A DNA stretch of 64,000 bases from an uncultured Enterobacteriaceae bacterium. GTDB taxonomy: Bacteria; Desulfobacterota; Binatia; Bin18. Position 1 is the first letter of the stretch. Every line of letters starts with the position of its first letter. The notes under the pieces were generated by a model. That model was not told the DNA's origin, did not search any database, and saw nothing but the letters and a program-made list of their open reading frames with translations. The stretch is from NCBI GenBank assembly GCA_964460065.1, contig CAYWPF010000006.1, forward strand, positions 12,913 through 76,912. The letters are read 5' to 3'. Shown here one piece after another: positions 11,336-21,874 of the stretch. The position numbers were made by a program, and so were the translations under genes.

Positions 11336-13426
11336 CTATGCCGTCTCGTGCTTCTCCAGCGCCTCTCGTCGGCTCAATCTAATTTTTCCTTGCTTATCGA
11401 TTTCTAATACCTTCACTTTCACTTCGTCGCCCTCATCTAATATATCTGTGACTTGGCGCACTCGCTCTGGCGCAAGCTGAGAAATATGTACCAAGCCTTC
11501 CTTACCTGGCAAAATTTCCACAAACGCACCAAAATCGACTACCTTCTTCACTGTGCCTGTATAAATTTTTCCGATTTCGGCATCTGCCGTCACGGCATTA
11601 ATCTTGCTAATCGCTCGATCCATGGAGTCCCCGTCCGCAGACGCTACACTCACAGTACCGTCGTCTTCAACATCGATCTTTACGCCCGTTTCTTCCACGA
11701 TAGAACGGATCATTTTACCGCCGGGCCCTATGAGATCCCGTATTTTGTCCGATTTTATCTTGAGTGTAAGTATCCTCGGGGCATACTCGGCCACTTCTTC
11801 CCTTGGCGTACCTAGCGATTCGGACATCTTTCCTAGTATGTGCAACCGGCCGTCACGCGCCTGATACAAGGCGTCCTTCATGATCTCTCTAGTCACACCG
11901 GCTATCTTTATATCCATCTGCAAAGCCGTTATGCCCTCAGCGGTCCCGGCCACCTTGAAGTCCATATCTCCCAGGTGGTCTTCGTCACCCAGTATATCAC
12001 TGAGTATCCGAACAGCCTCTCCTTCTTTTATTAATCCCATTGCGATGCCGGCGACAGGTGCGCTTATTGGTACCCCTGCATCCATAAGTGCAAGAGCACC
12101 GCCGCAAACGGAGGCCATAGAAGACGAACCGTTCGATTCCAATATTTCAGAGACAAGGCGTATTGTGTACGGAAATTCTCCACTTGGCGGCAAAACGCTG
12201 GAAAGCGCGCGTTCAGCCAGTGCACCGTGCCCTATCTCGCGCCGTCCTGGATTCCTCATTGGCCGGGCTTCCCCCACACTAAACGGGGGGAAATTATAAT
12301 GCAGCAGGAATTTCTTATATTGCTCGCCTATCAGAGCATCCACTCGCTGCTCGTCCGCCGAAGTACCCAACGTTGCAACTGCCAGCGCCTGTGTTTCGCC
12401 GCGCGTAAAGACGGCCGACCCGTGAGTACGAGGTAGCACGCCAACATCGCAAGAGATTGGGCGGATATCCGTCAAGCCGCGTCCATCTACCCTTCGGCTT
12501 TCATCGACGATGGCGCTTCTCATCGTTTCACCAGTCAGCTTCTCGAGCGCCGCGGCTACTTCCTCTCCACGACCTTCAAATTCTTCTCCCAGGGATTCTG
12601 TCGCATCTTTTCTCGCCGCTTTCAGCGCCGATCCTCGCTCTAATTTCGCGGCTATTGTGAGAGCAGTTCCTATCCCGTCAGCCGCCACCTCGCGGACCCG
12701 TCTCTCAAGCTCCGCGTCGGGCTCTGACGTCTGCACTACACGTTTAGTTTTCCCAGCGACGCGCGTCAATTCGTCCTGCACGTCTAAAACTGGACCGACC
12801 GCCTCCTGCGATAGAAAGAGCGCCTCTAGCATGTCCTCTTCCGAGACCATTCGACCGCCACCCTCCACCATTACAATAGCATCGCGCCCAGCTGCTACGT
12901 AAATGTTTATATCGCTTTCACCAAACTGACTCTGCAACGGATTTACAACTAATTCCCCTTTGCTGCGTCCTATACGGACGCCCGCGATTGGTCCGCGAAA
13001 CGGCACGTCCGACACTTGTAGGGCCGCAGAGGCGCCAATCAATGCCAGGGTATCCGAGTCATTTTCGCGATCAACCGATAAAACCGTGGCAACAATCTGC
13101 GTCTCGCATGCAAAACCTTTGGGAAATAGCGGCCTGATCGCTCGATCAACAATTCTCGATGTTAATATCTCCCGTTCTGCTGGCCGCCCTTCCCTCTTGA
13201 AAAACCCGCCTGGTATCTTGCCAGCCGCATACGTTCTTTCCTGGTAGTCGACCGTCAAAGGGAAAAAGTCTATTCCTTCGCGTGGAGATGTGGAGGCTAC
13301 GGCCGTAACAAGGACGACGGTTTCCCCGTATTGCACTAGTGCAGCGCCACTGGTTTGTTTAGCAAGACGTCCCGTCTCTATAGACAACGGACGCCCGTAA
13401 TATTCCATTTCTATCTTTTTATACAT
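11336..13426 (-). CDS. pnp: Polyribonucleotide nucleotidyltransferase (PNPase)
   Basis: 696 aa with two RNase PH domains plus KH and S1 domains. Follows rpsO as in the canonical operon. Confidence 0.95.
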   Translation of the reverse strand: MYKKIEMEYYGRPLSIETGRLAKQTSGAALVQYGETVVLVTAVASTSPREGIDFFPLTVDYQERTYAAGKIPGGFFKREGRPAEREILTSRIVDRAIRPLFPKGFACETQIVATVLSVDRENDSDTLALIGASAALQVSDVPFRGPIAGVRIGRSKGELVVNPLQSQFGESDINIYVAAGRDAIVMVEGGGRMVSEEDMLEALFLSQEAVGPVLDVQDELTRVAGKTKRVVQTSEPDAELERRVREVAADGIGTALTIAAKLERGSALKAARKDATESLGEEFEGRGEEVAAALEKLTGETMRSAIVDESRRVDGRGLTDIRPISCDVGVLPRTHGSAVFTRGETQALAVATLGTSADEQRVDALIGEQYKKFLLHYNFPPFSVGEARPMRNPGRREIGHGALAERALSSVLPPSGEFPYTIRLVSEILESNGSSSMASVCGGALALMDAGVPISAPVAGIAMGLIKEGEAVRILSDILGDEDHLGDMDFKVAGTAEGITALQMDIKIAGVTREIMKDALYQARDGRLHILGKMSESLGTPREEVAEYAPRILTLKIKSDKIRDLIGPGGKMIRSIVEETGVKIDVEDDGTVSVASADGDSMDRAISKINAVTADAEIGKIYTGTVKKVVDFGAFVEILPGKEGLVHISQLAPERVRQVTDILDEGDEVKVKVLEIDKQGKIRLSRREALEKHETA

Positions 13427-13486
13427 GTATTCCTTCAGTTTCCTATTATTTTTCAGCTACTTCCTCGAATGGTTCCATTCCACGAT

Positions 13487-13753
13487 TTAACGGCGTAGGC
13501 CGAGTCGGCTAATCACGCTCTGATAGCGCTTTACATCCTTACTCCTCAAATAATCTAAAAGGCGGCGACGGCGGCCGACCATTTTTAGCAATCCCCGTCG
13601 TGACAAGTGGTCTTTTTTGTGAACTTTGAAATGTTCAGTCAAATCTACAATACGCCTCGTTAATATGGCAATCTGCACTTCCGACGAGCCAGTGTCTGTA
13701 TCGTGTGTGCGATATTCCGCTATCGTTTCGGATTTCTGTTGGGCCTCCTGCAT
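13487..13753 (-). CDS. rpsO: 30S ribosomal protein S15
   Basis: S15 signature [32 protein letters not shown]. 89-aa start chosen. The ORF-track 5' extension is rejected. Confidence 0.9.
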   Translation of the reverse strand: MQEAQQKSETIAEYRTHDTDTGSSEVQIAILTRRIVDLTEHFKVHKKDHLSRRGLLKMVGRRRRLLDYLRSKDVKRYQSVISRLGLRR

Positions 13754-13815
13754 GGCACTCTTCTCCTTAAGATACAATCTTTCCGTTTCTAACACGCTGT
13801 TTGCTCAGTGTAAAG

Positions 13816-14700
13816 TTAGAATACACGTGCTAACTTCCATTCCTGTTTCGCCTTGACAATTATCGCGACTAAGTCTGCTTTATCATCAAGAATACGAGCT
13901 ATTTCACATTCTTTCTCCTCAAAGGGGAGTTCCTGCAGCGGTTCTTGCCGACCCAGCCGTATTGAAGCGTTCGCCTGGTCGTTTAGGGTGAAGGTTCTAT
14001 AGTCTTTCGTTGCGTCTGCCATCGAAATAAAAGGTATCTCCGTCGGAATTACAGATTGTTCAATTTTCTCGAGTGGCCAAGACTCGTGGACCAAGAATCG
14101 TCCAAACTGTGTTCGACGCAGCTTAGTCAGATGTGCCTTCGTACCGAGCGCCTCACCAATATCAGCCGCGAGGGTCCTAATATAGGTTCCTTTGGAGCAA
14201 GTCACTGAAAAACTTAAGCTTTGACCGGCCTCCGGCGACAATATCAATTTGTAGATGCTGACCCTGCGCGCGTTCCGTTTGACCTCTATGCCTCGTCGAG
14301 CAAGCTTATATAGCGGAACACCGTTTCGCTTTAACGCTGAATACATTGGTGGGGTTTGCAAGTATCCGCCTTCAAATTCGGCCGCTAACGCTTTCAGCCG
14401 ACTACAATAACCATCCAAGACCGGCACCACCTTAATGACCTTTCCAGTAGGATCCAAAGTGTCTGTTTCAACACCAAGTTGAATGACCCCTTCGTAGGAC
14501 TTAGTCACAGACATAAGAAACTGAGAAAGCTTTGTGGCAGCCCCCAGACAGAGCGGAAGAAGACCTGTAGCAAAGGGGTCGAGCGTGCCCAGATGTCCTA
14601 TCTTACTTGGGCGGATCGCCCTTTTTATCCTCCGAACTACCTCGGCCGAAGAAGAGTGTTCAGGTTTGTCTACAAGTAGTAGACCATCTAGTATCTCCAC
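13816..14700 (-). CDS. truB: tRNA pseudouridine(55) synthase
   Basis: GLLLVDKP...HLGTLDPFATGLLPL catalytic-Asp motif. Confidence 0.9.
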   Translation of the reverse strand: MEILDGLLLVDKPEHSSSAEVVRRIKRAIRPSKIGHLGTLDPFATGLLPLCLGAATKLSQFLMSVTKSYEGVIQLGVETDTLDPTGKVIKVVPVLDGYCSRLKALAAEFEGGYLQTPPMYSALKRNGVPLYKLARRGIEVKRNARRVSIYKLILSPEAGQSLSFSVTCSKGTYIRTLAADIGEALGTKAHLTKLRRTQFGRFLVHESWPLEKIEQSVIPTEIPFISMADATKDYRTFTLNDQANASIRLGRQEPLQELPFEEKECEIARILDDKADLVAIIVKAKQEWKLARVF

Positions 14701-15047
14701 TAACCATTTCCCTTATGAATTTTGTGAAATATACCTTCCAACCGGTTCACGTCGTCCAGCGTTTCATCGTAAACAAAAGTCAGTTCGGGTATATACTTGA
14801 GGCCCATACGTGCCGCAGCCTTTCGCCGAATGTAACCAGAGGCACTTTTCAGAACCGCTAGAGCATCTACGTCCTTATTCCCAGACAGTGTCCTGACAAA
14901 GACTCTCGCAGCCCGAAGATCCGGACTCATTGCGGCCGCAGTGACCGTAATACCCTCCAGCCGGGGATCCTTCACTTCGCGTAGTAATATCTCAGCTACT
15001 ACCTCCACTAGTAGGCCACCGACACGTTCAGAACGGCGTGATGCCAT
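14700..15047 (-). CDS. rbfA: Ribosome-binding factor A
   Basis: 115-aa RbfA-like protein between infB and truB, in the canonical position. Confidence 0.87.
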   Translation of the reverse strand: MASRRSERVGGLLVEVVAEILLREVKDPRLEGITVTAAAMSPDLRAARVFVRTLSGNKDVDALAVLKSASGYIRRKAAARMGLKYIPELTFVYDETLDDVNRLEGIFHKIHKGNG

Positions 15048-15091
15048 GAGTATGTTCGCTAATTTATCGAACCCACACTTCGTTATCTCGG

Positions 15092-15379
15092 CTAGTAGTG
15101 CACAAGTTCGACTTGGGTTTTGACTAGTTCTGCCAAATGGAGTCGCTCAACAAAATTTGTTGCGGCTTGCAAGGTACCCTGAACATAGGAATGATCGGAT
15201 CCGACTTGGCACACACCCAAAACTATAGTCTGCCATTGATCCTGTTCTCCACACTCTGATACTGAAACATTAAATTCATTCCTCAAGCGACTTTTTATTT
15301 TACGCACCACACCACGCTTTTCCTTGAGAGAGTGGCTAGCGTGACAATGCAGTATGAGTTGAAGTACGCCCACGACCAT
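15092..15379 (-). CDS. DUF503 family protein (YlxP-like)
   Basis: 95-aa protein between infB and rbfA in the conserved position. Sequence resembles DUF503. Confidence 0.65.
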   Translation of the reverse strand: MVVGVLQLILHCHASHSLKEKRGVVRKIKSRLRNEFNVSVSECGEQDQWQTIVLGVCQVGSDHSYVQGTLQAATNFVERLHLAELVKTQVELVHY

Positions 15380-15449
15380 GAGTACGACTTCGCCTTACCC
15401 AGAAAATCTTCCGTAGCCACAACAGAACAGTGATTTTCCTCAGTTAAAA

Positions 15450-18392
15450 TTAATGTGTGCGCTGCTCATTCTCTCCCGGTCTCGAGGCTTCCAGACGCCG
15501 AGCAACCTCCTGCAGCTCAAATACCTCAAGTACATCCCCAGCCTTGACGTCTTGAAAATTCTCGACACTCGCTCCGCATTCTGTTCCCGCTGCTACTTCG
15601 CGGACGTCATCCTTAAAGCGTCTTAGAGTGGAAAGCCGGCCGGTGTGTACCACCGCGTGGTCTCGAAGTACACGGACTTGCGCACCTCGGGTAATTCCGC
15701 CCTCAACCACCATGCAGCCCGCAATCGTGCCTATTTTTGAAACTGCAAACACCTCGCGTACTTCGGCCCGGCCCAGCGCATTTTCCTTGAACGTTGGAGC
15801 CAACATTCCTTCCATTGCCGATCGAACATCCGCGATGACATCGTAAATAATCCCATAAAGCCGCAAATCTATGCCTTCTCTGTCCGCTAACTGTGCAGCT
15901 TTCACCTCCGGGCGGATATTGAATCCGATCACTACTCCCTTTGAAGCTGACGCCAGCAAAACATCAGATTCAGAAATTCCACCAACGGAAGCGTGTAAGA
16001 CCTTGAGCTTAACCTCGCTAGTAGATAACGCCGAAAGTGCCTCTCTTACCGCTTCCGCGGAGCCTTGCACATCTGCCTTAATTATTACGCGCAGCTCTTG
16101 TACCTCGCCGGCCTGTGCCTGCTGGTAAAAGTCCTCTAGCGAGGTACGGCTGCTTTTCGTCAACTCGGTTTCTCTGCGTTTTTCCTTCCTATGCTCAGCT
16201 ATCTGTCGCGCCTTGGCTTCATCCCCAATGACAACGAAAACATCTCCAGCGTCGGGAACACCAGTGAGACCTAAAATTTCGACCGGTGTGGACGGGGCCG
16301 CCAAATCGACTTTCTTCCCCATGCTATCCACCATCGCACGAACCCGACCATGTTCGGTCCCGCACACGAATGGATCCCCAACTTTCAATTCTCCGTCCTG
16401 CACCAAAACCGTAGCTACAGCTCCACGTCCACGATCTAACTGTGCCTCAACTATAACACCCCGGGCGAATTTTTCCGTATTCGCCTTCAACTCCATAACA
16501 TCGGCTTGGAGCGCCAGCATTTCGAGTAAGTTGTCTACCCCCTCACCGGTCACGGCTGACACCGGTGCAAAAATCGTTTCCCCACCCAAGTCTTCAGCAA
16601 CTAGACCCTGCGACATGAGTTCCCGCTTCGCACGCTCAATATCCGCTCCGGGTTTATCTATCTTATTCACTGCTACAATTATCGGAACCTCTGCCGCACG
16701 AGCATGGTTGATAGCCTCAATCGTCTGTGGCATCACACCGTCGTCTGCTGCCACCACTAGCGTGACGATGTCGGTGGCTTTGGCCCCCCTTGCCCGCATA
16801 GAGGTAAAAGCTTCATGACCAGGCGTATCGAGAAATGTCACCGCACGGCCATCCAGAGACACACTGTAAGCCCCTATGTGCTGAGTTATCCCACCCTGCT
16901 CCTGACCTGTTACGTTCGTTTCGCGGATTTTATCTAAAAGTGAGGTTTTCCCGTGGTCTACGTGCCCCATAATCGTCACAACGGGAGGTCGTGGCTTGAG
17001 TACGCCCGCCTCTTCAGATGTGTCATGCTCGTCTTCTAGAGCCGATTCGGCATCGAACGCTACATTTTCTACTGTGTACTCAAAATCGCTAGCCACCAAA
17101 GAAGCCGTATCGTAATCTAAGACCTGGTTAATAGTCGCCATTACACCTAGTCCCATCAGTTTCTTAATGACTTCTCCCACTTTTACGCCAAGACTGTGTG
17201 CTAGGTCCCCTACCGTAATTACTTCAGAAATGCGGACGACCCGTTTACTTGCCTTTGGTACGGTAATCTCTGTTTGGCGCTGCTCTTTTCCGGGTAATGC
17301 CCTTTTTTTGCGCGACCCCCTGGCAACGTGCGGTTCTCTCTCTTGTACATCTAGCGAGTCTGCATTACGCACTATACGACGCTTCTTCGTGCGCTTCTTA
17401 CTTGCCGCCGGATTGCCGACTTCTTGCGGGTCCTGTCGTTGGCCCGGCTCCAAGGGAGGACGGTTGGCGATGTTGTCCTTACTTCTCGCAACGCCCGCGC
17501 TCGGATTCGCTGGCCCGGCTAACTTCCCTAAATCAATCCGGCCCAATATTCTGCCTGGGCGCGGTCCGTCTTCAGTCGCCGCATCTAAATTGCCGGCCTG
17601 CACAGCACCATTGCTATCAGAGGAACCCGGGATTTCTTCCCGCGAAGCGTCCTCCTTTTGACTTCGACCGGTTACAACCGGCCGATCTTCATTCGAATCC
17701 AGAGATTGCCGCGATTCAACCGCCCCAAGGCCCGCGTTAACACCCTCCTTGGCTGTCAGCGAACCCCTCGCTTCCTCTTCTTCTAGGATAGGTTGAGCAT
17801 TAACCTCTTCTACTAGCTCCGCATTTTCGAACGCCTCTTGCTCGCGAGTTTTGCTACCCTGCTTGAGTGCTTCTTCCCCTGGAGTCGTAGGAAACGGTTC
17901 GCCAGCGAAATCATCGCCCCCTTCAGACTTCGCCTCGTGTACCGGCAGTTCGAACGCCGTGGGAGTAAAGGCAGGAAGGGGTTCCTCCACCGTAGGAGCA
18001 GAAAAAGCCACAGGTCCAGCACCTGTGTCCGCGTCAGCGTCTTCGTTGAGCACCTCAACTCGCTTACGTCGCCTTATCACGTTGGGTCTTATCCGATTCT
18101 CTCGAATTTCTTCTCGCGCAGTAATTACATGTGCTTTTTGTTTGTCTAAGTCAGTCACTACCCGCTCGGCAATTACTTTTTCCTCGCCAAGCACTATGGA
18201 CGGTGATTGATCTGGGAGAATGGATTTTTGAACATTCTCAGCTTCGCTGTCTGTCAGAGTACTCTGGGCCTTTTTCCCGAATACATCCTGAGCTTCTAGA
18301 TGTGCCAGGACCTGTCGTGTCTCAACGCCCCATTCTTTGGCCAACTCGTGGATCCGCTTTCGTGACATATGACCTCGTCGCCGTCTCTTCAC
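15450..18392 (-). CDS. infB: Translation initiation factor IF-2
   Basis: GTPase G1 [12 protein letters not shown]. Low-complexity acidic N-terminal region. 980 aa. Confidence 0.95.
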   Translation of the reverse strand: MKRRRRGHMSRKRIHELAKEWGVETRQVLAHLEAQDVFGKKAQSTLTDSEAENVQKSILPDQSPSIVLGEEKVIAERVVTDLDKQKAHVITAREEIRENRIRPNVIRRRKRVEVLNEDADADTGAGPVAFSAPTVEEPLPAFTPTAFELPVHEAKSEGGDDFAGEPFPTTPGEEALKQGSKTREQEAFENAELVEEVNAQPILEEEEARGSLTAKEGVNAGLGAVESRQSLDSNEDRPVVTGRSQKEDASREEIPGSSDSNGAVQAGNLDAATEDGPRPGRILGRIDLGKLAGPANPSAGVARSKDNIANRPPLEPGQRQDPQEVGNPAASKKRTKKRRIVRNADSLDVQEREPHVARGSRKKRALPGKEQRQTEITVPKASKRVVRISEVITVGDLAHSLGVKVGEVIKKLMGLGVMATINQVLDYDTASLVASDFEYTVENVAFDAESALEDEHDTSEEAGVLKPRPPVVTIMGHVDHGKTSLLDKIRETNVTGQEQGGITQHIGAYSVSLDGRAVTFLDTPGHEAFTSMRARGAKATDIVTLVVAADDGVMPQTIEAINHARAAEVPIIVAVNKIDKPGADIERAKRELMSQGLVAEDLGGETIFAPVSAVTGEGVDNLLEMLALQADVMELKANTEKFARGVIVEAQLDRGRGAVATVLVQDGELKVGDPFVCGTEHGRVRAMVDSMGKKVDLAAPSTPVEILGLTGVPDAGDVFVVIGDEAKARQIAEHRKEKRRETELTKSSRTSLEDFYQQAQAGEVQELRVIIKADVQGSAEAVREALSALSTSEVKLKVLHASVGGISESDVLLASASKGVVIGFNIRPEVKAAQLADREGIDLRLYGIIYDVIADVRSAMEGMLAPTFKENALGRAEVREVFAVSKIGTIAGCMVVEGGITRGAQVRVLRDHAVVHTGRLSTLRRFKDDVREVAAGTECGASVENFQDVKAGDVLEVFELQEVARRLEASRPGENEQRTH

Positions 18393-18664
18393 TACGGCAT
18401 GCTAAACTCAATCAATCTACTAATACTAGCCCGCGCTTCCATCGACAACGCACCGCCAAACCTACGACGCCTCTTACCTGACCCTCTCATAAACTCCTCA
18501 ACACACCGAGCGCGCAGATGCAAATAACCACCACGACCAGAGTGTCCACCCTGCTCGACACTACCGTCCGGCCGGATAGACAGACGGAGCAATCCCGCTT
18601 TGAACTCCCTCTGGCCACAGCCTACGCAAGTTCGGATGGGTCCTATTTCCCTCTTGCTCACCAT
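18392..18664 (-). CDS. YlxR/DUF448 family RNA-binding protein
   Basis: RTCVGCG motif, between nusA and infB. The true start may be internal. Confidence 0.65.
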   Translation of the reverse strand: MVSKREIGPIRTCVGCGQREFKAGLLRLSIRPDGSVEQGGHSGRGGYLHLRARCVEEFMRGSGKRRRRFGGALSMEARASISRLIEFSMP

Positions 18665-18711
18665 GCTGTTCCCCTACCAAACGGCGATCCTTTCGCAATT
18701 CGCGAGCCACG

Positions 18712-20100
18712 TCACGCAGACCCTTCCGAACCTTGCACGTCCTCCCCAACTTGAAGGCCTGCATCTAAAGGATCTTCTTTTGGCGCTTCCGCTTTTGCCG
18801 CTTCCGCTTTTGCCGCTTCCGCTTTTGCCGCGTCCGCTTTTGCCGCGTCCGCTAACTCTTCGGATCGCTCGCTTGCGGCCTCTAAAATCTCTGTTGCCCT
18901 TTCAGGCGCCAATCCATCGACCTCCGCGAGGCCATCATAGCCACCAGCGACTATTTCATCCGCCGACTTGAATCCGTGTTGGTATAAAAGTTCCGCAGTA
19001 ATATCCGCATTGGCATCGCCTATTCCTCGTATCGCGTTCAACGCCTCCAAAATCTGGGCATGCTCCATTTCAACTTCGGATTCAGAACGCACATCGAGTT
19101 TCCACGTTGTCAGCCTTGAGGCCAACCTTACATTTTGACCTTTTTTCCCAATCGCCAGCGAAAGCTGGTCGTCGGGGACTATAACCTCCATAGTCTTTTC
19201 ATCCTCGTCCAGGATGACCTTAGCGACCTTGGCGGGCAATATAGCACGACAAACGTACTCCGCGGGATCAGGAGTCCAAGGCACTATGTCGATACGCTCC
19301 CCGCGCAATTCTTGTACAACCGCCTGGACTCGCGTACCCTTCATACCAACGCAAGCTCCGACCGGGTCAACATCCGGGTCCGTTGAGTGAACTGCAATCT
19401 TCGCACGATTCCCGGGCTCTCTAGCAGCGTTCTTTATCTCTATTATACCTTCGTAAACTTCCGGGGCTTCCTGTTCAAACAATTTCATCAAAAAACCCGG
19501 GTGGGTTCGCGATAAAACAATTTGCGGCCCCTTTTGCGCCATATCCACATCAAGTACATAGGCGCGTATGCGGTCTCCCTGTCTGTACCGCTCCCAGGGA
19601 ATCTGTTCTTTTTCCGGTAAAATGGCATCCGTGCGACCGAGATTTACAATGATATTCCGGCGTTCCACCCGTTGGACAATTCCGGAAAACAGTTCGCCCT
19701 TCCGGTTTTTAAATTCATTGTAAATCAACTCCCTCTCAGCTTCCCTCACCTTTTGAATTACACTTTGCTTAGCGACCTGAGCGGCAATTCTACCGAAGGA
19801 TGCCGCGGGAAGTTTGCTTAGCAGCTCATCACCAATTCGGGCCTCAGGATCTAGGGTCTCCTGCGCCTTGGAAATCTCAATTTGGGTCTCCGTATCTTCG
19901 ACAATCTCTACAACGCTTTTAATCTCAAAAAGCTCCACTTCACCAATCTCTTCGTTAAACTTCGCCTCAATCTCCTTCTCCCCGAAGGTCCTCCGGGCAG
20001 CAGATAGCATCGCACTTTCTAGTGCCTCAATAATGACGCTCCGGTCCATCCCTTTTTCTTTACTAACTTGCTCGATAACGCGATTCAAGTCTGACTGCAT
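18712..20100 (-). CDS. nusA: Transcription termination/antitermination factor NusA
   Basis: NusA N-terminal domain followed by S1, two KH domains and one HhH (AR) domain. Ends in an Ala/Lys/Glu-rich low-complexity tail. Confidence 0.93.
   Translation of the reverse strand: MQSDLNRVIEQVSKEKGMDRSVIIEALESAMLSAARRTFGEKEIEAKFNEEIGEVELFEIKSVVEIVEDTETQIEISKAQETLDPEARIGDELLSKLPAASFGRIAAQVAKQSVIQKVREAERELIYNEFKNRKGELFSGIVQRVERRNIIVNLGRTDAILPEKEQIPWERYRQGDRIRAYVLDVDMAQKGPQIVLSRTHPGFLMKLFEQEAPEVYEGIIEIKNAAREPGNRAKIAVHSTDPDVDPVGACVGMKGTRVQAVVQELRGERIDIVPWTPDPAEYVCRAILPAKVAKVILDEDEKTMEVIVPDDQLSLAIGKKGQNVRLASRLTTWKLDVRSESEVEMEHAQILEALNAIRGIGDANADITAELLYQHGFKSADEIVAGGYDGLAEVDGLAPERATEILEAASERSEELADAAKADAAKAEAAKAEAAKAEAPKEDPLDAGLQVGEDVQGSEGSA
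18785..18853. repeat. 15-bp tandem repeat (about 4.6 copies of GCTTCCGCTTTTGCC) inside the nusA 3' end, encoding AKAEA repeats
   Basis: Direct reading: gcttccgcttttgcc occurs three times, followed by gcgtccgcttttgcc and a partial copy. Confidence 0.85.
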
Positions 20101-20633
20101 GACTCTTTCCTTACTCTGCGTCTTTTCTTTCGGATTTTCTTATTCGGGTTTGGCCCAGGCTTTGCGGGAGGCATATCCAGCCGTGCCCTTACTATATCTT
20201 TCCAACCTACCAGAAGCCTTTCCTTATCCCCATCAGAAATTTCGACGCCAACCGACTCGACATTGGCAATGCATCCTTTGACAATGGAACTTTCATTAGT
20301 AGTTGTAGATATCTCCAAATGGACAGGCTGTCCGAGCGATCTTTCATAATGTTCTCGGCAAAAGAGTTGCCGGTTAATGCCAGGTGACGAGACTTCGAGC
20401 GTGTACGGCCCGGGAACTATATCATGCACGTCAAGCAGATCCCCGAGCTGACGATGAATTTTCGTGCAATCGTCTAGCGTGACACCCGCTTCCGTTTCAA
20501 CTAGAACTCTTAGCACCCATTTGTTGGCCTCTGATAGTAGCTCGATTCCCCACAACTCTCCCGTTTCCTCTTCAATCACGGGCCCTGCGATCTCAGTAAT
20601 CCGGCCAACAATATTTTCAACTGAGGGATTCAT
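20085..20633 (-). CDS. rimP: Ribosome maturation factor RimP
   Basis: RimP-like sequence (LEVSSPGINR). Start MNPSVEN chosen because the longer ORF-track start would translate through an upstream terminator hairpin and U-run. Confidence 0.85.
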   Translation of the reverse strand: MNPSVENIVGRITEIAGPVIEEETGELWGIELLSEANKWVLRVLVETEAGVTLDDCTKIHRQLGDLLDVHDIVPGPYTLEVSSPGINRQLFCREHYERSLGQPVHLEISTTTNESSIVKGCIANVESVGVEISDGDKERLLVGWKDIVRARLDMPPAKPGPNPNKKIRKKRRRVRKESCSQT

Positions 20634-20637
20634 TCTG

Positions 20638-20662
20638 AAAAAAAAAGCGGGCACCAGCCCAC
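20638..20662 (-). terminator. Rho-independent terminator downstream of greA, abutting the rimP start codon
   Basis: Minus-strand transcript reads GUGGGC-UGGU-GCCCGC followed by U9. The plus strand shows the A9 run at 20638-20646 then gcgggcaccagcccac. Confidence 0.7.
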
Positions 20663-20734
20663 TTTTACCGAACTCTGACCAGGCCCAGGCTAAACCATCC
20701 GGTTATGTGATGCAAGAGCCTAATTAGGCAGTAA

Positions 20735-21220
20735 TTAGTCACCCTGATCGTCTTGCAGATCGTGCAAGGTGACCAAATCAATAATGGTATAGGACATTTT
20801 TCCTTGTGGCGTAACTATTTCAACCTCATCATCTACCTCCCTGTGCAAAAGGGCCTGGCCAATAGGAGAGTGTAAGGATATCTGGCCTACTGCGGGATCT
20901 ACTTCTTCCGGGAACACAATTTGGTACTGCACGATCTCGCCGGAATCCACCTCTTCCAATTTGACTCTGCTACCGTACGCGATCGACCCCTGCGGAATGC
21001 TGGAAAGATCATAGAGGGACAATTGCTGCATCCGCTCTGACAACTGACCAATACGAGCCTGGACGTAATCTTGACGCGCGCGTGCGGCGTCGTACTCGGC
21101 ATTCTCACTTAGATCTCCATGCGCTGCCGCCTCCTGAAGGTCCTTTGGAATACGCACATTCAATTCGTGGTAAAGTTCGTCTAGTTCCTTTTTCAGTTTT
21201 TTTACTATCGGCAGATCCAT
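20735..21220 (-). CDS. greA: Transcription elongation factor GreA
   Basis: GDLSENAEYDAARARQ signature. A strong GGGGGGA RBS precedes the MDLPIVKKLK start. The ORF-track extension is rejected. Confidence 0.85.
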   Translation of the reverse strand: MDLPIVKKLKKELDELYHELNVRIPKDLQEAAAHGDLSENAEYDAARARQDYVQARIGQLSERMQQLSLYDLSSIPQGSIAYGSRVKLEEVDSGEIVQYQIVFPEEVDPAVGQISLHSPIGQALLHREVDDEVEIVTPQGKMSYTIIDLVTLHDLQDDQGD

Positions 21221-21874
21221 TTTCCCCCCAAAGCGGCTGCCCAGGCTAAAGCTACGGATAGCAGAAAACAAAATTTTCCCCTCACGAGGACATTCCCCCA
21301 AACTTCAATTAGCCTCGTAGCAGCAGTTTACACAGTATGAACGCGAAGTGTACAAGCAGGGATTCTCCCGTAGTGAACACGCCCGGCGCCTTGGCTACTA
21401 CCGGAAAACACCAAATTACCCCAACCCAGCGAACGCAGGACCGCTACCCAAGCAACACTCGAGGGCTATCCCCGCGACGCCCACACTATACCACCATCCA
21501 ACTCACAGAAAGAACTATCCGAGCGACAGTTATCTTACAAGTGCTTCGGTCGGCGAGACGACAAGAAGCTCACCGTCACCGCTTAAAGAACCATTTCACT
21601 TAGGCGTTCACTCGGCCAGCGTTGATCCGGCATTCTAGTGCTTAGAAGCCATTCAGTAGAAGTTCCAACCGTCGCACTTAACTTAACACACCGGCTACGG
21701 CATACCGCACACACCGACAGACGGGCCATCTCATCTTTATTATCGTCCTCCCACGTTAGAGCATCAGAAGACGCCCTACGACCGTTGACTCGCACGAAAC
21801 CTCAGCTGCCAGCATTGCACAGTTTCCCCGGCTCACATAGGTATAGTCAAGTTAAACTGGAAGTGTGGATAAAC

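Noticed and set aside
13487-13795. Long N-terminal extensions offered by the ORF track for rpsO (and similarly for rimP, greA, purN, nusB, ribH, nrdR, leuS, aguB, the two MaoC genes, the VOC gene and the NHL gene)
   Set aside because: Homology-consistent internal start codons with good RBSs exist. The extensions translate non-conserved leader sequence, and in the rimP case a terminator hairpin and U-run.
15628-18481. Numerous 60-200-aa plus-strand ORFs inside infB (for example 16213-16818, 17167-17661) and similar antisense ORFs inside pnp, leuS, nusA, icd
   Set aside because: They are antisense to strongly supported conserved genes with low-complexity translations, which are typical GC-rich antisense artefacts.
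18785-18853. Possible CRISPR-like or other direct-repeat array
   Set aside because: The repeats are contiguous 15-mers with no spacers and lie in frame inside nusA. This is a coding microsatellite, not a CRISPR array. No CRISPR repeats or cas genes occur anywhere in the window.
21302-21874. tmRNA, RNase P RNA, SRP RNA or a tRNA in the long greA-purN spacer
   Set aside because: I looked for the GGUUCGAAUCC-type T-arm with CCA end, the GGAAAGUCCGG P4 motif, and SRP domain IV motifs on both strands and found none. The tract remains unexplained rather than assigned.
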